DNA of 62,141 bases, counting the filler. It is 5 parts of 5 records of this genome, joined end to end, with 100 filler letters (N's around TTAATTAATTAA, not from the genome) between each part and the next. Parts side by side here need not be neighbours in the genome. Positions count along the whole stretch, not along the records: positions 1 to 10,312 come from SRR22947725_1505; 4 more parts are not named here. One strand, given 5' to 3'. Each line of letters opens with the position of its first letter. The stretch's first letter is position 1. Below are positions 1 through 10,412 of the stretch, in pieces. Below the pieces are notes generated by a model that was not told the origin of the DNA, searched no databases, and was given only the letters and a program-made list of their open reading frames with translations. The translations under genes and the position numbers were made by a program.

Positions 1-258
1 AAGTTCATATATACCAAAACCAAAAATTAATAAAACTATTCCTATCAAGAACAAATCAATAGATGATATAATTTTAAATAGAAGTTGATTATTATTTACA
101 ATACCTGTATCAAATAAAGGGTTATAAAATATTATTGCTTGAATAATATCCCAACTTCCAATTACTATTAAAGAGATAGAGGCTATAATCGAAAGAATTA
201 CAGCAAGTATTACAACATATCTGACACTCCATAAAATTTTTTCAAACTTATTTTCCAT
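1..258 (-). CDS. YqhA/UPF0114 family membrane protein (partial, runs off window start)
   Basis: Hand translation from ATG 258: MENKFEKILWSVRYVVILAV...KIISSIDLFLIGIVLLIFGFGIYEL. The RY..LAV and IDLFL...FG.GIYEL pattern is typical of YqhA. Absent from the ORF track because there is no stop in the window. Confidence 0.75.
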   Translation of the reverse strand, partial: MENKFEKILWSVRYVVILAVILSIIASISLIVIGSWDIIQAIIFYNPLFDTGIVNNNQLLFKIISSIDLFLIGIVLLIFGFGIYEL

Positions 259-358
259 GCTATTAAAATTAACTTAATTTATATTAAAGTCAAAGGACTA
301 AATCTGTCTTTAATAAATAAATCTCATGTAGATCAATGATTTAAAAGGGTTTTAATTT

Positions 359-826
359 TTACTTATGTAGTTCAAAATGTGCTTCAATTTCAACCGCTAT
401 GTTTCTCGGAAGATTCATTCCCACGGCACTTCTAACACCAACACCCATTTCATAACCAAAAACTTCAACCATTAATTCGCTAAATCCGTTAATAACGTAT
501 GGGTGAGCTTCAAATTCTGGGTTAGAATTTACCATTCCAAAGACTTTTACCACTCTTTTTATATTATCAATATTACCATAATGACTAATTATTGTAGATA
601 ACATTGTTAAACCGACTTGTCTAGCTGCTTTTTTTGCTTCTTCTTTATTTAAATCAGAGCCAACTTTTCCAATAATATATGTGCCATCTTTATTAACTGG
701 TCCTTGACCAGAAACATATAAGAAGCGGTCAATCACTAATGTAGGTCTATATACTCCAGCTGGTTTAGGAGCAGGAGGTAAAATAAGCTCCATTTTTTTA
801 ATTTTTTCAGTATGTTTATTAGTCAT
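359..826 (-). CDS. RidA/YjgF family protein
   Basis: LYVSGQGP, FEAHPYVINGFSEL, RSAVG and AVEIEA motifs. Confidence 0.9.
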   Translation of the reverse strand: MTNKHTEKIKKMELILPPAPKPAGVYRPTLVIDRFLYVSGQGPVNKDGTYIIGKVGSDLNKEEAKKAARQVGLTMLSTIISHYGNIDNIKRVVKVFGMVNSNPEFEAHPYVINGFSELMVEVFGYEMGVGVRSAVGMNLPRNIAVEIEAHFELHK

Positions 827-848
827 CTTCGTATAAAATTATTAAAAC

Positions 849-1829
849 TTATAGATCCATAATTTTTATCCTGGTTAAATATTGGTGAGAAGTCATATAC
901 AGATATTCAAATTTATTATCAAAAGCACAATTTGCACTTCTAACTTCTGTTTTAATCGTACCAATATGAATACCATCTTGATTAATTAGTAAAACTCCAC
1001 CAGGGCCAGTTGCAAAAACCATCCCTGTTGGATGTACTTTTAAGCCATCAAATAACCCTATCTCCTTTTCAGACAGTTCAGTTCCATTAAAAAACACTTC
1101 AGGATTATTAACACCTTCATCAGTGATTTGATATTTCATAATAACTGGATTTTTAGAATCAGAATTAGCAACATATAAAGTTTTTTCATCTACAGAAATG
1201 GCGATACCATTAGGTCTTGTTAAATTTTTTATTAAAACTTCTAATTTTCCATTATTACTAAGTCTAAAAACTCCATTAAATTCTAATTCTTTTAATTTAT
1301 CATTATCCCCTTCTTTTAAACCATATGGCGGATCAGTAAAAAATAAATCTTTCTTGCTATTATAAACTAAGTCATTAGGGCTATTAAATAACTTATTATT
1401 AAATGATGTAATTACAGGAAATACTTTATTACTTTTCCAATTAGTAAGCTTTACTATCCTCCTGTCGCCATGCATACAAATTATTAGGTTTCCATCATGG
1501 TCAATTATTAAACCATTTGTTCCTGACTTATTTAAATTGGGGACAATTCCAGAGTAGCCAATTTTATCAATAAAAACATCTAAACCATTTTTTTCATCCC
1601 ATTTATATATAACATTATTTGGAACATCAGAAAAAAGAAGAGCGTTTAGTTTTTTAGACCATACAGGACCTTCAGACCAAGAGAAACCTTTAGCAATAAT
1701 TTCAATTTTTGAATCTTTAGAAATAAAATTATCCATTTCAGGTGTAAGTCTTTCAATAGAACCAATAAATTCATTTTGACCTAATAAAATATAAGGTGTA
1801 AATAAAAAAAGGAGAATTAGTTTTTTCAT
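849..1829 (-). CDS. SMP-30/gluconolactonase family protein, secreted
   Basis: Signal peptide; WSEGPVW, FNSPNDL, FFTDPPYG, RPNGIA and DGLKV motifs. Confidence 0.9.
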   Translation of the reverse strand: MKKLILLFLFTPYILLGQNEFIGSIERLTPEMDNFISKDSKIEIIAKGFSWSEGPVWSKKLNALLFSDVPNNVIYKWDEKNGLDVFIDKIGYSGIVPNLNKSGTNGLIIDHDGNLIICMHGDRRIVKLTNWKSNKVFPVITSFNNKLFNSPNDLVYNSKKDLFFTDPPYGLKEGDNDKLKELEFNGVFRLSNNGKLEVLIKNLTRPNGIAISVDEKTLYVANSDSKNPVIMKYQITDEGVNNPEVFFNGTELSEKEIGLFDGLKVHPTGMVFATGPGGVLLINQDGIHIGTIKTEVRSANCAFDNKFEYLYMTSHQYLTRIKIMDL

Positions 1830-3037
1830 ATTTTATAAATTTCAACCATTTTAATAATTCGTTTTACAGCTAAAACAGCTAATTGACGGTTTTGTGAAAA
1901 ATTAAGCCTAATACTATCCTTGCATTTAGGATCAAATTCTGAACCTGGTGTTACTATAACATTTGCCTGAAAACGTAATAAACGAACAAATGTATATAAG
2001 TCTACGCTGAGTGAAGGGAGTTGTGGAAAAAGATAGCTTCCAGCCTGTGGAGTTACAGCAAAAATATTAACAGACCTAAAAATTTCAAGTAGTTCATCTC
2101 TAATTAACTCATGTTCATGGATACGGTTTTTCATCCAACCTATAGGCTCATGAAACCAAGTATCTAAAACTGCTTGATTATAACCAGCAGTTCTCAATGA
2201 GACAATGGCTTGAAGACTTTCCATTCTTTCAATCAAATGGGCAGAACCAAATGCAACTCCTAAACGAAATCCACTTAAAGATTCAGTTTTTGAAGGTCCC
2301 ATAATGGTAATAAGGCTTTTAGGACTAAAATCATATGAACGAAGGTGAGTATAAGTTTCAGAGCTAAACAGCATCCTGGAATACAGCTGATCAACAATGA
2401 CTGTAACTCCATATTTTTCTGCTAGATTTCCAATTGTTTTTATAGAGTTTTCTGAATAGACAATTCCTGTTGGGTTATTTGGAGTCGAAAAGACAAAAAC
2501 CTTAGTATTATTTTTAAATGCTTCTTCAATTTTATTTAGATCTGGAGTATTATCAAATTTATTATTCTTATAATTTAGAGGAATTGGCACTACTTCACCA
2601 CCAAAAAATTTAACAAGTTTACGATTAGCAAAATAATCTGGTTCAATAACAGCAACCTTTGTACCCACGGTAACTGTTGCACCAAGTGCCAAAAATAATG
2701 CCCCTTGAGTACCTGGTGTGATAATTAATTCGCTATCATATTTGATATGTTTTCCTGTAAATTTTCCTAAACTAATAGCTAGTCTATTTCGAATTTCGGC
2801 CGATCCTCTGTATTCAGTATAAGCTTGAGAGGCTCCTTTATTGAAACCATTTTTCCATGAAATGTCAGAATCTGGTATCGGAGGAAAAGCATCTACATCT
2901 CCATGTGAAAAATCTACTAAGATGCCATCTAGCTTATCACCAAGCATAATAGAACTAAGATCATCTAAATTTTGTCTAATTTCCTGTCCAGGAGCGTTTT
3001 TTGATTCAAGAGATTTAAATTTTTCCTCTATTGTCAT
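1826..3037 (-). CDS. PLP-dependent aminotransferase class I/II
   Basis: TPGTQGAL, PNNPTG, VDQLY and GPSKTESLSGFRLG (PLP lysine). Likely start is MTIEEKF at 3037; the ORF extends to 3085. Confidence 0.88.
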   Translation of the reverse strand: MTIEEKFKSLESKNAPGQEIRQNLDDLSSIMLGDKLDGILVDFSHGDVDAFPPIPDSDISWKNGFNKGASQAYTEYRGSAEIRNRLAISLGKFTGKHIKYDSELIITPGTQGALFLALGATVTVGTKVAVIEPDYFANRKLVKFFGGEVVPIPLNYKNNKFDNTPDLNKIEEAFKNNTKVFVFSTPNNPTGIVYSENSIKTIGNLAEKYGVTVIVDQLYSRMLFSSETYTHLRSYDFSPKSLITIMGPSKTESLSGFRLGVAFGSAHLIERMESLQAIVSLRTAGYNQAVLDTWFHEPIGWMKNRIHEHELIRDELLEIFRSVNIFAVTPQAGSYLFPQLPSLSVDLYTFVRLLRFQANVIVTPGSEFDPKCKDSIRLNFSQNRQLAVLAVKRIIKMVEIYKI

Positions 3038-3244
3038 AGTCGTTTGGTTAATAGTAATAATTGTTGTTAAATTTTCATTTAACAATTTACATTATTTTGA
3101 CATAACTATTATTTCAAAAATATGATAATTATCATCTATATAGAAAAAATCATCTATTTTTTATAGGATTCTTTCCTTCGATAATTAGCTTCAGAAAGAA
3201 ATTAAATTTTCACTATATTAAAAAATATAAAACCAGTTTTTATT

Positions 3245-4438
3245 ATGAGTTCAAGAAGATCGTTTATTAAAAAAAGTGTATTAACAGCAAGTATTCCAGT
3301 ATTTGCTCCAAATACAGAGTTGTTTTCCATTTTGAAAGGAGCTCCTTCAGATCAATTAAATATTGGAGTTATTGGAACAGGAGCTCGTGGTCAAGGATTA
3401 ATAAATATAATTAACAGAATAAATGGTATAGAGTTAATTGCAATATGTGATACTCTTCAATTTAGATTGAATGAAGCTTCATCCCTGGCCCCTAAAGCAA
3501 AACAATATTCAAATCACCAGGAAATGCTTTTATTAAAAAATTTAGATGCAGTAATAATTAGCACTCCTTTAAATACTCATGCTGCTATAGCATCTGATGC
3601 TGTTGATGCTTCAGTCCATATTTATTGTGAAAAAACAATGGTTAAAGGTGATCAAGATACACTTGATTTGATTCAAAAAGTGCAAAACAGTCACAATAAG
3701 ATATTTCAAACTGGTCATCAATATCACAGTTCAAGATTATATTCGCATGTTGTTGAGATGATTCAAGCAGGAGATATTGGTCAAGTAATTGCTATTGATG
3801 CTCAATGGAATCGTAATGGAAATTGGAGAAGACACGTTCCAAATCCAAAATTTGAACGTCAAATTAATTGGAGGATGTATCGTGAATATTCTTATGGACT
3901 TACTGCAGAACTGAGCTCTCACCAAATTGATTTCTGCAATTGGTTGCTACAAGATAATCCTATAAAAGTAGCAGGTTTTGGCGGAATAGATTATTGGAAA
4001 GATGGACGTGAAACATATGACAACACTAATTTAATTTACTCATATGCAAATGGAATCAAAGCGAATTTTACTTGCTTAACCTCAAATGCTAAAGATGATT
4101 ATCAAATCAAAGTAATGGGTGATAAAGCCACAGTAATTATTAACTATGATAAGGCTTGGAAATATCCTGAAGGAAAATATAATAAAGTAATAGGAGATTT
4201 TGATGGTGTTTCTGGTGCAACGCAAAGTTGGACAGAGGGAAAAGGTAATTTAATCAATTTTAATCATCTAGAACCAACACGCCAAGCTCTTGAAGATTTT
4301 AAATCCTCAATTATTAACAATACTATTCCACTATCTAATTTAAAAAGTGGTGCTGCTGTGTCCTTTGCAGTTGATATGGGAATACGTGCAATGGATTTGA
4401 AACAAGTTGTTTCATGGAATCCAAAATACGATTTATAG
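3245..4438 (+). CDS. Gfo/Idh/MocA oxidoreductase, Tat-exported
   Basis: SRRSFIKK twin-arginine signal; GTGARG Rossmann motif; YCEK; AELSSHQID. Confidence 0.9.
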   Translation: MSSRRSFIKKSVLTASIPVFAPNTELFSILKGAPSDQLNIGVIGTGARGQGLINIINRINGIELIAICDTLQFRLNEASSLAPKAKQYSNHQEMLLLKNLDAVIISTPLNTHAAIASDAVDASVHIYCEKTMVKGDQDTLDLIQKVQNSHNKIFQTGHQYHSSRLYSHVVEMIQAGDIGQVIAIDAQWNRNGNWRRHVPNPKFERQINWRMYREYSYGLTAELSSHQIDFCNWLLQDNPIKVAGFGGIDYWKDGRETYDNTNLIYSYANGIKANFTCLTSNAKDDYQIKVMGDKATVIINYDKAWKYPEGKYNKVIGDFDGVSGATQSWTEGKGNLINFNHLEPTRQALEDFKSSIINNTIPLSNLKSGAAVSFAVDMGIRAMDLKQVVSWNPKYDL

Positions 4439-4469
4439 ATATTAAACATTAATTTAAGAAACTTCTTTT

Positions 4470-6590
4470 ATGAAAAATTTATTTACAATTATTATTACTT
4501 CTTTATTTTTAATTAACTGTAATAACCCTAATCCAATGATAGAACAATGGTCAGACAAAAACTCTGAATATGGTGGAGTTCCTGCATTTGACAAAATGTC
4601 TCCTAAGCTAGTTAAAGAAGCAATGCTCAAAGGAATGAAAATGAGTCTCGAGGATATTGATAAAATTGCAAATAATTTAGATGCACCAACATTTGAAAAC
4701 ACTATTGAAGAAATGGAAAGGTCTGGAAAGCTTCTAAGTGATGTTTATCCATACTATGGAATATTATCTAGTAATATGTCTAGTCCAGAATTTAGAGAAA
4801 TACAAAGTGAATTAGCACCTAAGCTATCGGAATACTCAACATTAATCAACCAAAATGATAAATTATTTGAAAGAGTAAGCGCTATTTACAATTCATCTAA
4901 AAGCAATCCTCTTGAAGACGATCAACAAAGAGTTTTAGATTTAACTTATAAAAGTTTTGCTATGAATGGAGCTGCTTTGAATAATGATAAAAAAAAGAAA
5001 TATGCTGAAATTAATCTAGAACTATCAAAACTATACAATGACTTTTCTAATAATGTTTTACACGACGAAGAAAATTATGTTACTTACTTGGATGAATCTC
5101 AATTAGATGGTTTATCAGATGGATTTATAAAATCTGCTCAAAAAATTGCACAAGACAAAGGTTTTGATGGTAAATATGCAATAACTAATACAAGATCATC
5201 AATGGATCCATTTTTAACTTATTCTACTAATAGAGCTTTAAGAGAGATTGTTTGGAAAAATTACTATTCCAGAGGAGATAATGGGGATGAATTTGATAAT
5301 AATGAAATTATTGCTGAAATTTTAAGATTAAGAAAAGAACGAGTTGGTTTATTAGGTCATGAAAATTATGCTCAATGGAGATTACAGGACAGGATGGCAA
5401 AAAATCCTGAAAATGCAATGGCATTAATGGAAGCAGTATGGCCTGCAGCTATAGCTAGAGTTGACGAAGAGGTAGTTGATATGCAAAAAGTTGCTAATAC
5501 GCTTACTAATTCTAAAACAACTATCGAACCTTGGGATTACAGATTCTATGCAGAAAAAGTTCGAAAATTAAAATACGATTTAAATTCTGATGAAGTCAAA
5601 CAATATTTACAGTTAGATAAATTAACAGACGCCATGTTTTATGTTGCAGGTGAATTATTTAATTACAAGTTTATAGCTTTAGAAAAAGGAAGAATACCTG
5701 TTTTTCATGAAGATGTAAACGTTTGGGAAGTTAAAGACAAGTCCTCCGAAAAACATATTGGATTATGGTACTTAGATCCATACGCTAGACAAGGAAAAAG
5801 ATCTGGTGCTTGGGCTACAACATACAGAAGTCACACCACGATGGATGGAAAAACTAATGTATTAGCTTCTAACAATTCTAATTTTGTCAAACCAGCACCC
5901 GGGGAAGCGTTGTTAGTTTCATGGGACGATGCTACAACTTTTTTCCATGAATTTGGTCATGCCTTACACTTTTTTGCTTCTAATGTCAAATACCCTACTC
6001 TAAATAGTGGTGTGAGAGATTATACTGAATTTCAATCACAGCTTCTTGAAAGATGGTTATCTACAGACAGAGTGATAAATCAGTTTTTAGTTCATAATCA
6101 GACTGGTAAACCGATGCCTAAAGAACTAGTTGCAAAAATAAAAAAAGCATCTACATTTAATCAAGGATTTGAAACGACAGAATATTTAGCTTCAGCGATT
6201 ATGGATATGAAATTTCATTTAGCTGATCCAACAAATATAGATGTAGATAAATTTGAAAAAGAAACATTAGCTGATCTAAAAATGCCTTCTGAATTACCTA
6301 TGAGACACAGAACACCACACTTCGGACATGTCTTTTCTGGAGAAGGTTATGCAACTGCTTATTACGGTTATATGTGGGCAGATGTATTAACTGCTGATGC
6401 ATCTGAAGCATTTGCTGAAGCTCCTGGAGGATTTTATGATAAAGATGTTGCTAAAAAATTAGTAGATTATTTATTTTCCCCTAGAAATTCAATTGATCCA
6501 GAAGAAGCTTACCGTTTATTTAGAGGAAGAGATGCTAAAATTGAAGCCTTAATGAAAGACCGTGGATTTCCTATAAAAACTGAATTGTAA
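4470..6590 (+). CDS. M3 family metallopeptidase (peptidyl-dipeptidase Dcp-like), lipoprotein
   Basis: FHEFGHALH zinc motif; KRSGAW; EFQSQLLE; HFGHVFSG..YA..YY; N-terminal LINC lipobox-like sequence. Confidence 0.92.
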   Translation: MKNLFTIIITSLFLINCNNPNPMIEQWSDKNSEYGGVPAFDKMSPKLVKEAMLKGMKMSLEDIDKIANNLDAPTFENTIEEMERSGKLLSDVYPYYGILSSNMSSPEFREIQSELAPKLSEYSTLINQNDKLFERVSAIYNSSKSNPLEDDQQRVLDLTYKSFAMNGAALNNDKKKKYAEINLELSKLYNDFSNNVLHDEENYVTYLDESQLDGLSDGFIKSAQKIAQDKGFDGKYAITNTRSSMDPFLTYSTNRALREIVWKNYYSRGDNGDEFDNNEIIAEILRLRKERVGLLGHENYAQWRLQDRMAKNPENAMALMEAVWPAAIARVDEEVVDMQKVANTLTNSKTTIEPWDYRFYAEKVRKLKYDLNSDEVKQYLQLDKLTDAMFYVAGELFNYKFIALEKGRIPVFHEDVNVWEVKDKSSEKHIGLWYLDPYARQGKRSGAWATTYRSHTTMDGKTNVLASNNSNFVKPAPGEALLVSWDDATTFFHEFGHALHFFASNVKYPTLNSGVRDYTEFQSQLLERWLSTDRVINQFLVHNQTGKPMPKELVAKIKKASTFNQGFETTEYLASAIMDMKFHLADPTNIDVDKFEKETLADLKMPSELPMRHRTPHFGHVFSGEGYATAYYGYMWADVLTADASEAFAEAPGGFYDKDVAKKLVDYLFSPRNSIDPEEAYRLFRGRDAKIEALMKDRGFPIKTEL

Positions 6591-6651
6591 TTATTAATTA
6601 GTAATCCACTACCCTGTTACTTTCGCTATTTTTATTAAAAGTTTATAAAAA

Positions 6652-7041
6652 TTATTTGAATTTTCTAATCTTTATTTGATACATAATCCCAAGGGCAGCT
6701 AACAAAAGCCCAATAAACTCTCTAGCACCCTCTAAATAAGGTTTGTCATAGACCATTTCCCCAAAAATCTCTTCTTTATTTTCAGTATATAAATAATCAA
6801 TGAATAATGAAAAATGAAACGCAGAGTAGGTTATTAAAACTGTAATTGATAAAATCAAAACAGACTTGGGAATAGCCCTAAAGGTGTTGTATAAGCATAT
6901 AAGTGACACAATAAAATATATAGAAAACCACAACAAACCATCAGGATCATTTAATTGTAAAATCGCAAAAATCACAAACAGAATAAATAAAATTAAATTT
7001 TTAATTTTATTTTGTTTACTTAACGCCACGAAATGTTTCAT
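6652..7041 (-). CDS. Transmembrane 220 family protein
   Basis: FAILQLNDPD...W and EGAREFIGL motifs; hydrophobic segments. Confidence 0.75.
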   Translation of the reverse strand: MKHFVALSKQNKIKNLILFILFVIFAILQLNDPDGLLWFSIYFIVSLICLYNTFRAIPKSVLILSITVLITYSAFHFSLFIDYLYTENKEEIFGEMVYDKPYLEGAREFIGLLLAALGIMYQIKIRKFK

Positions 7042-9668
7042 TTTTTCATCTTTTTTGGATCTCCAGTTGAAAGCATATAGGCAATTAAATCTGCTAGCTC
7101 TTGTTCGTTAAGTCTGTTGATAAGGCCCGAAGGCATTGGAGAAATTTTTGATAATTCAATCTTTTTTAATTTATCTTTTCTAACATTGACTGTAATGTCA
7201 GTTGCAAAAGGACTTATACTAACTTCGATATTGTTTTCATCTTCATTTATGGCTATTCCCGTAACAACAGAACCATCAGACAAATAATAGTTTGAATACT
7301 GATACCTATCACCTATTGTTCCGGACGGATTGATAATTGCTTCTCCAATGGCATCAACTGTAAACCTTGAACCTATTTGAGTTAATTCAGGCCCAGAAAC
7401 TCCACCCTCTCCATTAATACTATGGCATGAAATACACAATGTAGCTTTATACATATTTTTACCACTTTCAAAACTGGCATTTTTATAATTTTTTTCATAA
7501 GCAGACATCAATAATTCAACTGTCCAATCAATTCCCGGACCTTGTGGCTGGATTATATCCTTCATATCATCTGAACTGCGTTTAGAAGAAATTTCAGTTA
7601 ATTTTAAAAGGTAGTCTCTTTCTTGTTCTGGAACATTTTCCAATGCTGTTTTTTGAATAGCCTTAATAAACTTTAAATACATTTTACCTCCAGCTTTTTG
7701 AAGCGCACTACCAAACCATTCAAAATAACGCTCCCTAGCTGTACTTGACCAACCTTTTTTAAGGTAACTTAAACTATGAGCATAACTTATATTACGTTGA
7801 TTTGGCATGTTTGCTAACATATTTTCTACGTCTTTTCCGTATTGTTCACTTCTCTTAGAAATATCACTGGATAAGTAGATTTCTTTCATACCCTCTAAAG
7901 AGGTATTCGTTTCCATTTCTAGTAATGTTAAATCAATAATTTCTTCAACCTGTAAGTAACTTAAAGTCTTACATAATTCCATGTTCACTGCTTCAGAACT
8001 TACTAAATAAGCTGGCAAAAACAATTTTTTTATTATTTCTTTTATTTCATTTGGCAAACTACCATCAAATCTTAACATTAATAAATCAATTGCTCTTATA
8101 AAATTTAATTTATTAGTCTCATTTAGATTATTCCAATTAATTTTTGTTAAAGTATAAAGCGCTTCAGTTCTAGTGTGATCATCGCCGTGACGTGCAATTG
8201 CTAATGCTAATTCTAAGATTGTTTCAACAGAATTATTTTTTTTAATCTCATCTTTCCAGTGTGAAAAATCTAAATGCTCTAAGGCTACTCTTGCTGAAAA
8301 ACGAATAGCACGATCTTTATAATCTAAATGCTTTAAGATAAAAGATACCTTTTCTGGATTAGGTGAAACATGTAATCGTTCAAGTTCATGTCTTAATTCT
8401 CTATCTTTTTTTCCTTTTGAACGCTCTTGAAGTTCTAGTACTTCTGACGGTAATTCACCCTCATAAGTTACTCTATACAACCCAGATTCAAGACGCCTTC
8501 CACCTGTTAAAAAGTATAATGCTCCATCATCTCCTACTATTCCATTTGTTAATGGCAATGGAACACCAGAAATAAATTCAGTAACCTCAGCTTCAAAAGA
8601 ACTTCCCTTAGGATTTAATTTAGCATGATACATTGTTCCATAACTCCAATCAAACAAATACAATCCATTTTGATAATATGCAGGAAATTTTAATCCACTT
8701 CCATCCAATAAACCAGTTGGAGAACCCTGTCCCAAATTGACGATTCCCGAAAGATTATCAGGATAATAATCTCGAAATTTACCAGTTCCTGTTCTCCATC
8801 CATAATCTGCTCCGCTAGTTACATGATTTAAACGAATTGGTCTATACCATGGCATTCCAAGGTCATACTCCATATCAGAATCAAAACCGAACAATTCATT
8901 ATCACGATTAAAAGCTATATCAAATGTATTTCTTGTTCCAACGGCAATCAAAGTCCAATCAACACCATCAAAATCAGTCTGAGCTACCCAACCACCTGGC
9001 GCTTTTCTTGAATTTGCATGACCGCTTGGATCTTTAATAACTGGCAATAAATTATCTTCTCCCCAAACTTCAGGCACACGACCATGCACGTCATTTGGAA
9101 TATCAGTATGATTACCAAAAACCATGTACATTGATTTTCTATCTGGTGACAATTCAATACTATGTGGCCCATGCTCACCATTACCTATTACTGTTTTTAA
9201 TGTTTTAACAGTATCTAATTCGCCATCATCGTTAGAATCTATAATCTTATACAAACCACTTTTAATTTTATCATCATAAGAATTAACTAAGGCAAATAAT
9301 TCGTTGTTATGAAATAATAAACCTTGAGCCAAACCAACATTCAAATTTAATTCCTTAACATAAAGGCTATCTTTTCCATTAGATTTCTTAATTGTTACTT
9401 TATAAATACTTCCAAATTGATCAGATGCATAAAAACTCCCTTTATCATCCTTAGCAAAACTAACCCAAGATCCTTGTTCATTATCTGTTGGCTCATAAAG
9501 TTTAGAAATAGTAAACCCTTTAGGCAGGGTGATATCATTTACAGTAACTTTTTCAATAATAGGGTATTCATTGTTTGTTTCAAGACCACAAGACGAACAA
9601 ATAATAAATAACAGTAAAAGATTTTTTATATTCAAAACATTAACTAAAAGCTTTTTTAATTTCTTCAT
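7038..9668 (-). CDS. PVC-type heme-binding lipoprotein (sorbosone-dehydrogenase-like propeller, helical repeats, C-terminal cytochrome c)
   Basis: GEHGPH, GTRNTFDIAFN, DSDME, DYGWR and GSPTG; CISCH heme motif; GPELT and SPMPSGL; ICSSC lipobox. Start uncertain (ATG 9668 or TTG 9635). Confidence 0.82.
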   Translation of the reverse strand: MKKLKKLLVNVLNIKNLLLLFIICSSCGLETNNEYPIIEKVTVNDITLPKGFTISKLYEPTDNEQGSWVSFAKDDKGSFYASDQFGSIYKVTIKKSNGKDSLYVKELNLNVGLAQGLLFHNNELFALVNSYDDKIKSGLYKIIDSNDDGELDTVKTLKTVIGNGEHGPHSIELSPDRKSMYMVFGNHTDIPNDVHGRVPEVWGEDNLLPVIKDPSGHANSRKAPGGWVAQTDFDGVDWTLIAVGTRNTFDIAFNRDNELFGFDSDMEYDLGMPWYRPIRLNHVTSGADYGWRTGTGKFRDYYPDNLSGIVNLGQGSPTGLLDGSGLKFPAYYQNGLYLFDWSYGTMYHAKLNPKGSSFEAEVTEFISGVPLPLTNGIVGDDGALYFLTGGRRLESGLYRVTYEGELPSEVLELQERSKGKKDRELRHELERLHVSPNPEKVSFILKHLDYKDRAIRFSARVALEHLDFSHWKDEIKKNNSVETILELALAIARHGDDHTRTEALYTLTKINWNNLNETNKLNFIRAIDLLMLRFDGSLPNEIKEIIKKLFLPAYLVSSEAVNMELCKTLSYLQVEEIIDLTLLEMETNTSLEGMKEIYLSSDISKRSEQYGKDVENMLANMPNQRNISYAHSLSYLKKGWSSTARERYFEWFGSALQKAGGKMYLKFIKAIQKTALENVPEQERDYLLKLTEISSKRSSDDMKDIIQPQGPGIDWTVELLMSAYEKNYKNASFESGKNMYKATLCISCHSINGEGGVSGPELTQIGSRFTVDAIGEAIINPSGTIGDRYQYSNYYLSDGSVVTGIAINEDENNIEVSISPFATDITVNVRKDKLKKIELSKISPMPSGLINRLNEQELADLIAYMLSTGDPKKMKK

Positions 9669-10029
9669 TAATTCTATTTGGTTTATTTGTATTGGCATTT
9701 ATTAAACACCATATCGTTTTAGAAGTTACTAATAATTGATTAGTTTTTTTGTTGAATATTTCCACTACTCTGCTTGATTTAACTCCTTCAGTTTTATCGA
9801 CATAGGTTATTATTTTGATTTTTTCATCTAAAAAGGCAGGGTGATGATATTGAATTTGATGTTCTAACAAAACCCAATAGTAATTATTTAATATTTCGTT
9901 AGAAACTAGATTTCTCCAATGATTTTTTGCTATTTCTTGTATCCATTTAACGTATATTACGTTATTAACATGATTCAAGTCATCTAAATCAATTTGTGTA
10001 ACAGTAATTTCTTGTTCTAAAAAATTCAT
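9640..10029 (-). CDS. Acyl-CoA thioesterase (4HBT/hotdog fold)
   Basis: DLDDLNHVNNVIYVKW motif. Confidence 0.88.
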   Translation of the reverse strand: MNFLEQEITVTQIDLDDLNHVNNVIYVKWIQEIAKNHWRNLVSNEILNNYYWVLLEHQIQYHHPAFLDEKIKIITYVDKTEGVKSSRVVEIFNKKTNQLLVTSKTIWCLINANTNKPNRINEEIKKAFS

Positions 10030-10038
10030 TAAATCATG

Positions 10039-10312
10039 TTAATTGTTTTTTACAAAAATCATACAGTGTTGCCAGGGAAGATTATCTATGTTTTTTCGAA
10101 GTTTAAAACCCGCAGCTTCCATTTCTTTAATAGCTTGTTTTTCACTCATTTTGTGTATAGTTTTTATTGGGACTAATGGATCTTCCGCTCTGTATTCAAT
10201 TAAAAATAATTCTCCATTAGATTTTAACGCACTTTTCATTGATGCAATCATTTCTATTGGAAAACTAAACTCATGATATACGTCAACCATTAAAATTTTA
10301 TCAACTGAATTT
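10039..10312 (-). CDS. Class I SAM-dependent methyltransferase, C-terminal fragment
   Basis: VDKILMVDVYHEF, LK..G....IEYRAED and LPWQH; 5' end cut by the contig edge. Confidence 0.75.
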
Positions 10313-10412
10313 NNNNNNNNNNNNNNNNNNNNNNNNNNNNNNNNNNNNNNNNNNNNTTAATTAATTAANNNNNNNNNNNNNNNNNNNNNNNNNNNNNNNN
10401 NNNNNNNNNNNN
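10313..10412. other. Artificial contig linker (44N-TTAATTAATTAA-44N)
   Basis: Exactly 100 nt, stops in all six frames, identical to three other linkers, genes truncated on both sides. Confidence 0.98.

Noticed and set aside
10357..10368. Recurrent TTAATTAATTAA (also 16354, 36706, 51842) as a biological repeat
   Set aside because: Always centred in exactly 44+44 Ns; it is an artificial six-frame-stop linker.
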